Below the pieces are notes generated by a model that worked only from the letters and a program-made list of their open reading frames with translations, made no database searches and had not been told where the DNA came from. DNA of 64,000 nucleotides. Origin: Verrucomicrobiota bacterium. Lineage in GTDB: Bacteria > Verrucomicrobiota > Verrucomicrobiia > Chthoniobacterales > UBA10450. Shown here piece by piece: positions 1 to 7,693 of this stretch; within the stretch, counting starts at the first letter, position 1, and the number at the start of each line of letters is the position of its first letter. Where the stretch lies: contig QHMY01000038.1 in the NCBI GenBank assembly GCA_003218305.1, forward strand, positions 7,464 to 71,463, given 5' to 3'. Made by a program: the position numbers and the translations under genes.

Positions 1-1358
1 CTTGCGTCGCCGCTATCAATACGTTGGATGTTCAGGCGCTCGTAGACATATCCAGAGTCATATCCCCAACGGCTGATGAAGCTGTTGTCCTTAATGGTGA
101 AGTCTCCATTAACTCCGGCGACGTAACGATAGTAGTCCTTGTCGAAGAATGTGCGGCGGTTGGTCAGCTCGTTTTGGAGACGATACGCCACCGAACTCAG
201 GTTGTTACCAAAGGGGTTGAAGGACGACGCTCTCGCTTCAGCCCGGCCGTTGGTATCGGCGCCCATCGTAAAGGGCGCGCCGGCTAAGCCGTTGTCCTGC
301 TTGACCTTGGAATACATGATATCTCCGTAGAGTTGGAGGCCATCACCGAAGATTTTGTAGCGGCCAGTCACGAAATACATCGCTTTTTCCATTGCCGGAA
401 TGGCTGGGGTGAAGGCGCGGAAGTTGAATCGTGATGGGTCAGTTCCAGCCGTGCCGGCTCCCTGCTCGAATGGCCGATAGCTGAACGGGTTAACTTGGTT
501 ATTCGAGAGATTGTTCAGGACGAGTGTTCCGACCGGCGCCGGATTGGCGACTGTTCCGCCGGCGAGCGTGGAACCCGCAGCCAGAACCGTGACACGGCCG
601 GCGAACGTTGGGCTGTTGCTATTTGTGCCGCCCAATTGCAAGCCGTCCGGATTGTTGCTGGCGTCGCCAGTTCGGGAAATTTCCCGATCACGCGAATACA
701 GATTGGCGCGGGAATAATATTCGCCCGCCGCCGCGATGGAAACCTTTCCGTCCAAACCAGTGACGCCGCCACGCACGTAGACCTGGCGCACATGCGCGTC
801 GGTATCGGTCGTGTTGCCGTAGAGGGCGAAGAGCTCCGCTCCCTCATATGGCTTTTCTCCGGGCCCGTTGATGAGGATGAAGTTGACGACGCCCGCGACG
901 CCATCAGCACCGTAAACGGCCGAGGCGCCATCCTTCAGGACCTCGGTGCGAGCGAGGGCCCCGATTGGGAGGGCATTGATGTCATTGAAGTTAAAGGTGC
1001 GACGTCCGTTAACAAGGACGAGGGTGTTCACCGAGCCAATACCACGAAGGTTGATGGTCGCCGAGCCGTCACCGCCGTTGGAATCGTTTTCAGTCGCAGC
1101 GTTACCGACGAATGACGGCAACTGACGCAGACCTTCCACTGGCGTGTTGGCGCCCTGCTTTTGCAGGACTTCGGCTGTGTAGACCGTCACCGGCAGAGCC
1201 GATTCCGTCTCCGCAGTCGGGATGTAAGAACCGGTCACGATGACTCGTTCGGTGGTGGCTTCCTGCGCGTAGGCGCTGGCGATGACGAAAGGAAGTCCCA
1301 CGCCGACTACGAGAGCCGAGCGCAAGGATCCTAACGTTTTCAGTACGTATCTAATCAT
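1..1358 (-). CDS. TonB-dependent outer-membrane receptor (N-terminal ~452 codons; the C-terminus lies beyond the window start)
   Basis: Absent from the ORF track because it is open-ended. My own minus-strand translation from the ATG at 1358 gives MIRYVLKTLGSLRSALVVGVGLPFVIASAYAQEATTERVIVTGSYIPTAETESALPVTVYTAEVLQKQGANTPVEGLRQLPSFVGN...INLRGIGSVNTLVLVNGRR...TEVLKDGASAVYGADGVAGVVNFIL. That is a signal peptide followed by TonB-receptor plug motifs. GGAG lies 6 nt upstream of the ATG. The frame reads on to ...DSGYVYERLNIQRIDSGDA at the window edge. Confidence 0.85.
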   Translation of the reverse strand, partial: MIRYVLKTLGSLRSALVVGVGLPFVIASAYAQEATTERVIVTGSYIPTAETESALPVTVYTAEVLQKQGANTPVEGLRQLPSFVGNAATENDSNGGDGSATINLRGIGSVNTLVLVNGRRTFNFNDINALPIGALARTEVLKDGASAVYGADGVAGVVNFILINGPGEKPYEGAELFALYGNTTDTDAHVRQVYVRGGVTGLDGKVSIAAAGEYYSRANLYSRDREISRTGDASNNPDGLQLGGTNSNSPTFAGRVTVLAAGSTLAGGTVANPAPVGTLVLNNLSNNQVNPFSYRPFEQGAGTAGTDPSRFNFRAFTPAIPAMEKAMYFVTGRYKIFGDGLQLYGDIMYSKVKQDNGLAGAPFTMGADTNGRAEARASSFNPFGNNLSSVAYRLQNELTNRRTFFDKDYYRYVAGVNGDFTIKDNSFISRWGYDSGYVYERLNIQRIDSGDA

Positions 1359-1708
1359 TAGTTTCTCCATTGGTTTGGTTAGGTTTGGCGGTGAGGATTA
1401 CCGGCGTTTCAGAGGCCTGACAAGCCTTTTTTTCATTTTTTTTAAAATATTTTGAACGGACGGGGACAAGCTGATGTCGTCTGCTCCCCCTACTCAAGCT
1501 GGTTTCGAGCCTGTTTTTGCAGAATTTTCAGACGGGGATCAACAAAAAAATGCGCCCAACGCACCACTCGCCTCCGGCTCTCGGTTCCCGACATCCCTTC
1601 CCCGAGAGGCATCCCACCGATCCGCCGGCAAAAATCACCTTCGCCGTGGTATCTGAAGTTCTTGGAAAAGCCAACGAGAATTTGTGTTAATCTGTGGAAA
1701 ATAGGCAC

Positions 1709-2311
1709 ATGTTCACGGGCTTGATCGAGGAAGTCGGCACTGTTCTCCGAATCGACAAAATCGATCGGGGCGCCCGGCTTCAGGTCGCCGCACCGCTTGT
1801 CGCGGAGGGAACCCTGGTCGGCGACAGCATCGCGGTGAACGGGTGCTGCCTCACGGTTGCGGCCCTTCACGATCAACAGTTCACTTTTGATCTGCTCGGA
1901 GAGACCCTCGAGCGCACAAACTTGAAAGCCCTGCACGCGGAAAGCCGCGTTAATCTCGAGCGCGCGCTTGCGGCCAACGCCCGTCTCGGGGGCCATTTCG
2001 TGCAGGGTCATATCGACTGCACCGCGCGAATCATGGCATTGGAAAAAAACGGCGCGGACCACCGGCTGGAAGTGGAATTGCCAGGCGAATTTGCCCATTA
2101 CGTCGCAGAAAAGGGCTCGATCGCAGTCGACGGGATCAGCCTGACGGTCGCAGAATTGTCCGCGAAAAGTTTCGTGGCCTGGATCGTTACACACACCCAC
2201 TCGCGGACGAATCTCGGCCTGGCGAGCGCCAATGACTTGGTCAACCTCGAGTTCGATTTGATCGCGAAATACCTCGAGCGAATGGTGCCTCGTCACTCCA
2301 TTCCCTCGTAA
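1709..2311 (+). CDS. ribE: riboflavin synthase (alpha chain)
   Basis: MFTGLIEEVGTV...GDSIAVNGCCLTV...GHFVQGHIDC...GSIAVDGISLTV shows the duplicated lumazine-binding repeat signature. The start is taken at the ATG at 1709 inside track ORF 1694..2311. Confidence 0.9.
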   Translation: MFTGLIEEVGTVLRIDKIDRGARLQVAAPLVAEGTLVGDSIAVNGCCLTVAALHDQQFTFDLLGETLERTNLKALHAESRVNLERALAANARLGGHFVQGHIDCTARIMALEKNGADHRLEVELPGEFAHYVAEKGSIAVDGISLTVAELSAKSFVAWIVTHTHSRTNLGLASANDLVNLEFDLIAKYLERMVPRHSIPS

Positions 2312-2976
2312 TGAGGAAGCCTTCGCCTCCGCAAATCGTTGGCGTAATTTTCACGCGCGCCGATTTGCAACGGGCCGTCCGGATGCGAAACCCGCCCGAC
2401 CTGTTCGAGCTGCGATTGGACGCATTTTTGGGGAGGGATGACGAAGTAGAGGCCGCCCTCGCAGACCTCGGGGCGCCGCTTATCATTACTGCGCGGCATC
2501 CTCTCGAAGGCGGATCAAATCAGCTCTCCGCCCGGAAACGCCGCGGCCTGCTTTGGCGTTTCCTGCCGCATGCGGCGTATGTCGATATCGAGCTACGGTC
2601 AGCCGGCCCGTTCGCGGCGTTATTGGCGGAAGTCCGCGCGAAACGTGTCCGAACGATTCTCTCGTTTCACGATTTGAAAAAAACGCCCAGCCGCTCACGG
2701 CTCGATGAAATCGCGCGCGTCGCACGATCTCTGGGCGCCGACCTACTCAAGATCGCAACTCGCACCGATACCGTCGCCGAGCTGGACAGGTTGCTTGATT
2801 TCTTTCGCGGTGAGCGGCTCCGAAGCGACATCGCCGCCATGGGCATTGGACGCCTGGGACGGGCGTCCCGTTTCGAGTTTGCCCGACATCGCTCGGTCTT
2901 GCATTACGGCCACCTCAGGCAACCGCAGGCCGAAGGACAGCTTTCGGTCGCACAACTGCGGCGGCTCTTGAAATAG
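2311..2976 (+). CDS. aroD: type I 3-dehydroquinate dehydratase
   Basis: Motifs: LFELRLD, ITARHPLEGG, YVDIEL, SFHD, LKIATRTDT (the active-site Lys context of type I DHQase). There is a 1-nt TAATG overlap with ribE. Confidence 0.8.
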   Translation: MRKPSPPQIVGVIFTRADLQRAVRMRNPPDLFELRLDAFLGRDDEVEAALADLGAPLIITARHPLEGGSNQLSARKRRGLLWRFLPHAAYVDIELRSAGPFAALLAEVRAKRVRTILSFHDLKKTPSRSRLDEIARVARSLGADLLKIATRTDTVAELDRLLDFFRGERLRSDIAAMGIGRLGRASRFEFARHRSVLHYGHLRQPQAEGQLSVAQLRRLLK

Positions 2977-3025
2977 GACGGCGCCTAATTATCTGTTGAC
3001 CGAAAGAATCTCCTCGTGAGCCACA

Positions 3026-3652
3026 ATGGATGAATCCCTAATCTTGCCCGATCGGGTCCCCGTGATGCCGCTTGCGGGAGTGCTTTTTCCGCACGCGCTC
3101 CTGCCCCTCCATATTTTTGAGCCGCGATATAGGGAGATGCTTGAGGTGGCCTTGAGCGGAAATCGGATGTTCTGCGTCGCGCTGGTGAAATCCCAGGGGG
3201 CGCAGTGGAAATCGCCCGCCGATTTTTTTCATATTGCCGGCGTCGGCCTGATCCGTGCCTGTGTGGAACGCGCAAATGGCACCTCGGACCTGATCTTGCA
3301 AGGCTTGCGCCGCGTCCGTCTTTCCAGCTTCGAACAGAGCGCTCCCTTTCCCGTCGCCCAGATCGATCCGCTGGAGTCCAAGGCGACGCCATCCGTGGAG
3401 ACTGAGGCCTTGGGCGCCAAAGTGCTTGAGCTCTATTCGAGATTCAAGGAAAGCGGCCGACAATTCCCCGCCCGGTTGGATCAATATCTTTCACACCTGG
3501 ACGACGCCGAAATGCTCGCCGACCTCATGGCCGCGACGTTTATCAACGACCCCCTCCGCCGGCAGCAGGTGCTCGAGGAGTTGACCGTTAATCAACGCCT
3601 CCGGCTCGTAATTCAATATCTTCGCGAAGAGACGGGTAACGCCGCCGCTTGA
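3026..3652 (+). CDS. LON peptidase N-terminal (substrate-binding) domain protein
   Basis: LPVMPLAGVLFPHALLPLHIFEPRYREML is the canonical start of a Lon N-terminal domain. The ~200 aa stand-alone architecture has no AAA or protease domain. Confidence 0.8.
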   Translation: MDESLILPDRVPVMPLAGVLFPHALLPLHIFEPRYREMLEVALSGNRMFCVALVKSQGAQWKSPADFFHIAGVGLIRACVERANGTSDLILQGLRRVRLSSFEQSAPFPVAQIDPLESKATPSVETEALGAKVLELYSRFKESGRQFPARLDQYLSHLDDAEMLADLMAATFINDPLRRQQVLEELTVNQRLRLVIQYLREETGNAAA

Positions 3653-4872
3653 TTGAGCCTGGCATGTTCCTCCAAGAGGTACCGGTCAGTCATTCCCGCA
3701 ATATAATCGCAAATCGTCCGGTGTAGACCCTCGCTCTCGATTCGCTTCGCGGCCGCGTCTCCGAGCAAATCAGGAGCGGCCACGTACGCTTCGAACACCG
3801 AGCGCAGCATCTCGCAAGCTCTCCGGTTCACTTCCGCCACGCGAGGGTGGTAATAAACGTTCTTATATAAGAAGCGTCGTAACTCGCGATTGGCCTGGGC
3901 TAATCCGTCGCTGTATGAGACAAGCGGCGCAGTCTGGCGCCGCGCTTCATCCGCGCTCCGAATCGAGGCGCCAGCAATAGCCGACGCGCTGGTGACGATC
4001 ACATCGCGCACCTGCAGGTCGATCAGGTCGCGAATAATTATTTTGTGCAGAGCCGGCTCGTGGACATCGGGATAACGGGCCCCGACCGATTCCTGGCCCG
4101 AGCGCCAAACCGAATTCTCTTCCAATTGCGCGGAGTTCAGAATTTCGAAATCGACCGCGTCATCCAGGTCGTGGCTGTAGTAGGTGATTTCATCCGCCAG
4201 ATTCGCCACTTGGGCTTCGAGAGACGCGCAGTGGTACTTTTCGCCATCCGCCCCCGGCCATGCGAAAACGGCCTCGTGCTTTTGCAAGCCTTCGCGGACT
4301 TCGAAGGTCAGGTTCAAACCGGGAAAATCCGGATACCCCGCCTCCAGCAACTCAACGACCCGCAAGCTCTGCCGGTTGTGATCGAAGCCTCCATGTTCTC
4401 GCATGCATTCCGCAAGCATTTCTTCGCCCGAATGCCCAAAAGGCGAATGCCCAAGGTCGTGGGCGAGAGCAATTGCTTCCGCCAAATCCTCGTTGAGGGA
4501 CAACGCCCTCGCGATGGTGCGGCTGATCGAAGCGACTTCGATCGAATGGGTCAGCCGTGTTCGCAGATGGTCGCCGGTGCCATTGAGGAAAACCTGCGTC
4601 TTGTACTCCAGCCGGCGAAATGCTCGTGAATGAATAATGCGAGCGCGGTCCCGTTGGAACTCGGTCCGGTACGCGTGCTGCGCCTCAGGGAAATTCCGTC
4701 CGCGCGACTCGCCGGATTTTTGCGCAAACGACGCGAGGATTCGCCGTTCGTCCGCTTCCATTTCTTGGCGTGTTTTCCACTTTCCGGGTGAAATTTCCGC
4801 CCCTTCAGAATCATTGGCCACGCTGCGAATATCCGTCCACGGTGCATTTCTGGCGAGTCTGGAATTGACCAT
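3613..4872 (-). CDS. dgt: dGTPase-family deoxynucleoside triphosphate triphosphohydrolase (HD domain)
   Basis: Motifs: FQRDRARIIHSRAFRRLEYKTQVF, RTRLTHSIEVASISR, HDLGHSPFGH. The maximal ORF starts at 4872. An internal start at 4761 (MEADERRILASFAQKSGESRGR) fits homologue N-termini better. Confidence 0.85.
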   Translation of the reverse strand: MVNSRLARNAPWTDIRSVANDSEGAEISPGKWKTRQEMEADERRILASFAQKSGESRGRNFPEAQHAYRTEFQRDRARIIHSRAFRRLEYKTQVFLNGTGDHLRTRLTHSIEVASISRTIARALSLNEDLAEAIALAHDLGHSPFGHSGEEMLAECMREHGGFDHNRQSLRVVELLEAGYPDFPGLNLTFEVREGLQKHEAVFAWPGADGEKYHCASLEAQVANLADEITYYSHDLDDAVDFEILNSAQLEENSVWRSGQESVGARYPDVHEPALHKIIIRDLIDLQVRDVIVTSASAIAGASIRSADEARRQTAPLVSYSDGLAQANRELRRFLYKNVYYHPRVAEVNRRACEMLRSVFEAYVAAPDLLGDAAAKRIESEGLHRTICDYIAGMTDRYLLEEHARLNQAAALPVSSRRY

Positions 4873-6925
4873 GCCGAAGGCCCGGCTCCATGGTTGCGCA
4901 ACTCCAATGCGCCGGCGAACAAGGAACCATATCCGTCAGAGGAAAGCCGCCGCGCCGGAGCGTCCACAGGATCGCTGGCTGGTTTTGGGAGTCTACGTTT
5001 TCCTGATCGCGATAACGTGGATCGTGTTTGGCCAGACGCGCCACTTCGACTTTATCAATTTCGACGACAGCGACTACGTTTATAAGAACCAGGAGGTCAT
5101 GCGGGGCCTGACTTTCGGGGGAATCGCCTGGGCGTTCACCCATCTGCATGCGGCCAACTGGCACCCGGTAACCTGGATTTCGCACATGCTGGACTGTCAG
5201 CTTTATGGTTTGAACCCTGCCGGTCACCATCTCACCAATGTCGCCATTCACACTGCCGCGGTCGTTCTCCTCTTTCGTGTCTTACGACGGATGACGGGCG
5301 CTTTATGGCTCAGTGCATTTGTCGCAGCCGTTTTCGCCATTCATCCGTTGCGGGTGGAATCGGTGGCGTGGATCGCTGAGCGCAAGGACCTGCTTAGTGG
5401 ACTGTTCTTCGTGCTGACGATTACCGCCTACTTTCGCTATACGCGTAAGCCGTCGCTGCGGTCCTACGGCCTTGTCTTTCTCAGCTTGGCGTTAGGCTTG
5501 ATGTCAAAGCCAATGCTCGTGACGGCGCCTTTCGTGTTGCTCCTACTTGATTACTGGCCCTTGCATCGGATGGCGACTCCAGACGGGGGAGGAAACACGC
5601 CTGTGCGGCTCATCCTTGAAAAACTGCCATTGGCCGCCCTGGCCGGCGCCTCCTGCATGATCACTCTCTTCGCCCAGAAGGTAGCGATTCGACCATTGGC
5701 CGAAGTTCCCGGTACGACGCGCCTTGCCAACAGCCTTATTTCCTATGTCCTCTATGCCCAGCAAATGCTCTGGCCGTTTGATCTAACCCCTTATTATCCT
5801 CTTCGGCCCGAAGAAATCATTACCTCAAGGGTCTTGTGCTCGGTTGCGTTGTTACTTGCCTTCTCGGTTTTCGTTTTTCTCTGCCGCCGTCGTCGCTATC
5901 TGGTTACCGGTTGGCTTTGGTATCTGGTGATGCTTGCGCCGGTTATCGGTATCCTTCAGGTGGGCAACCAGGCGCACGCCGACAGGTACACTTATCTTCC
6001 TCAGATTGGCTTGTATTTGCTTTTCGTCTGGGGGGTTGCTGATTTATGCGCGACCTGGCGGCACCGTCGTTTCGTTCTCAGTGCACTGGGCGTTCTTACC
6101 GTGGGCACTCTCGCCATTGTGGCCCGAACGCAGGCCAGTTATTGGAGAGAGAGCGAGTCGCTTTGGAGCTACACCCTTTCTCGAACGACTAATAACGCCA
6201 TGGCCGAATTAAATCTCGGCGAAGCCATCCATAAGAAAGGAAGAGTGGACGAGGCTCTTGTCCACCTGAACAGAGCGGTGGAAATTCAGCCCGGCAACTT
6301 CACCAATCAAGGCTCTCTCGGTATTGCCCTGTTGACGAAAGGGCGGCGCGAGGAGGCTCTCGCTCATTTGCGAACATCACTGGAACTTAATCCGGTACAA
6401 GCTCCCATTCATTCCTCGATCGGTGTGGTCTTGCTGGAGCTGGGACAACCTGATGAGTCGCTGGCGCACTTACGGAAGGCGCTCGAGATCGACCCCAATG
6501 ATGGCGATGCTCACTACAATCTGGGTAACACACTCCTGCAATTGGGACGGGCCCAGGAGGCTGTGGTTGAGTACGAGCGAGCGGTGGCTATCAATCCAGC
6601 GGATGCTCAGGCGTTGAACAACGTCGCCTGGGTGTTGGCGACCTGGCCGGATGCACTCGTCCGAGATGGTGCGAAAGCAGTCAAGGTCGCAGAACGCGCC
6701 GACGCTCTCACTCAGCACCGCAATCTTGTGATTACCAGCACTCTCGCGGCCGCATATGCCGAGGCTGGTCAATTCGCGGAAGCAGCGAAGACCGGTCAAC
6801 ATGCCTTACAGTTAGCTGCAGACGAGGGCAATTCTTCGCGCGCGGAGTCGATTCGTGCCCAGATTAACCTATATCAGTCCGGCGTCGCTTTTCGTGATCA
6901 CCGCTCTGCATTCGCACCCCGTTAA
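4871..6925 (+). CDS. TMTC/PMT-like GT-C family membrane glycosyltransferase with C-terminal TPR repeats (DUF1736-type)
   Basis: Motifs: FINFDDSDYVYKNQEVM...NWHPVTWISHMLDCQLYGLNPAGHHLTNVAIH. About 10 predicted TM helices are followed by about 6 TPR repeats (AELNLGEAIHKKGRVDEAL..., YNLGNTLLQLGRAQEAV...). The track ORF begins at 4637, but that extension is antisense to dgt, so the start is taken at ATG 4871 (4907 is also possible). Confidence 0.75.
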   Translation: MPKARLHGCATPMRRRTRNHIRQRKAAAPERPQDRWLVLGVYVFLIAITWIVFGQTRHFDFINFDDSDYVYKNQEVMRGLTFGGIAWAFTHLHAANWHPVTWISHMLDCQLYGLNPAGHHLTNVAIHTAAVVLLFRVLRRMTGALWLSAFVAAVFAIHPLRVESVAWIAERKDLLSGLFFVLTITAYFRYTRKPSLRSYGLVFLSLALGLMSKPMLVTAPFVLLLLDYWPLHRMATPDGGGNTPVRLILEKLPLAALAGASCMITLFAQKVAIRPLAEVPGTTRLANSLISYVLYAQQMLWPFDLTPYYPLRPEEIITSRVLCSVALLLAFSVFVFLCRRRRYLVTGWLWYLVMLAPVIGILQVGNQAHADRYTYLPQIGLYLLFVWGVADLCATWRHRRFVLSALGVLTVGTLAIVARTQASYWRESESLWSYTLSRTTNNAMAELNLGEAIHKKGRVDEALVHLNRAVEIQPGNFTNQGSLGIALLTKGRREEALAHLRTSLELNPVQAPIHSSIGVVLLELGQPDESLAHLRKALEIDPNDGDAHYNLGNTLLQLGRAQEAVVEYERAVAINPADAQALNNVAWVLATWPDALVRDGAKAVKVAERADALTQHRNLVITSTLAAAYAEAGQFAEAAKTGQHALQLAADEGNSSRAESIRAQINLYQSGVAFRDHRSAFAPR

Positions 6926-6931
6926 AGACTA

Positions 6932-7693
6932 ATGCTGAAGGACCAGAAAATTGTTGTTGTCATGCCCGCGTATAACGCGGCGCAAACCCTCCGCCAGACT
7001 TATGATGAGGTGATGGCGCAGGGAATCGTGGACCTCGTGATCCTGGTGGACGACGCCAGCCACGATGAAACTGTGGCAATTGCTCAGACCCTCCCCGGCG
7101 TGCAGGTGGAGGCGCATCCAATGAATCGCGGTTACGGCGGAAACCAAAAGACTTGTTATCGCCTCGCCCTGGCCGCCGGCGCCGACATCGTCATCATGAT
7201 TCATCCCGATTATCAATATACGCCCCAGCTCATTCCTGCGATGGCCTCACTGGTCGCGACGGGCCTCTATCCGTGTATGCTCGCTTCACGAATTTTGGGC
7301 GACGGCGCGCTCCGAGGCGGCATGCCCGTTTGGAAATATGTTTCCAACCGTTTCCTTACTCTGGTCGAGAATCTTTTGTTGGGCGCGAAGCTTTCCGAAT
7401 ACCATACCGGTTACCGCGCTTTTGCCCGCCCCTTGCTCGAGCGCTTGCCCTTAGACAGAAATTCAGATGACTTCGTGTTCGACAATCAAGTCCTGGCTCA
7501 GGTGCTCTGGCTAGGCTGCGCTATTGGGGAAGTTACCTGCCCGGCGAAGTACATGGCCGAGGCTTCTTCGATAAACTTTAGGCGAAGCGTTCGCTACGGA
7601 TTCGGTTGTCTCCTGACCGCCCTAGAATATCGCTGGGCAAAGGTTCGCGGCCACGGGCGATTGTTCCCGCCTCATAAGCGATCAAACGGGTGA
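6932..7693 (+). CDS. family-2 glycosyltransferase, dolichyl/polyprenyl-phosphate sugar synthase (DPM1-like), soluble form
   Basis: VVVMPAYNAAQTL...VDDASHDET...GYGGNQK...MIHPDYQY shows the GT-A fold with a DxD-type motif. No TM helix is visible. It lies 7 nt after the upstream gene and overlaps the next gene by 4 nt. Confidence 0.85.
   Translation: MLKDQKIVVVMPAYNAAQTLRQTYDEVMAQGIVDLVILVDDASHDETVAIAQTLPGVQVEAHPMNRGYGGNQKTCYRLALAAGADIVIMIHPDYQYTPQLIPAMASLVATGLYPCMLASRILGDGALRGGMPVWKYVSNRFLTLVENLLLGAKLSEYHTGYRAFARPLLERLPLDRNSDDFVFDNQVLAQVLWLGCAIGEVTCPAKYMAEASSINFRRSVRYGFGCLLTALEYRWAKVRGHGRLFPPHKRSNG

Noticed and set aside
4637-4870. N-terminal extensions of track ORFs. They are 4637-4870 (TMTC-like), 47592-47792 (SEDS), 40835-41206 (xseB), 43229-43473 (ABC ATPase), 30340-30408 (LbH), 14769-14822 (rpsT) and 23389-23418 (rnhC).
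   Set aside because: The extensions overlap neighbouring genes or intergenic repeats and lack similarity to the known N-termini of the families. Internal starts reproduce the canonical N-termini (for example MANTKSASKRAR for S20, MPTAKK...FEGAMDRLEEIV for XseB).
3613-4872. Considered whether the dGTPase could be an anti-phage dNTP-depletion defence gene.
   Set aside because: It sits among housekeeping genes with no mobile-element, restriction-modification or other defence neighbours. It also has the standard housekeeping Dgt-like motifs. Nothing in the sequence supports a defence-island context.
4870-4873. dgt (-) and the TMTC-like gene (+) appear to share a single CATG as divergent start codons.
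   Set aside because: Two divergent genes with no promoter space is implausible. dgt most likely starts at the internal ATG at 4761, which restores a ~110-nt divergent promoter region.
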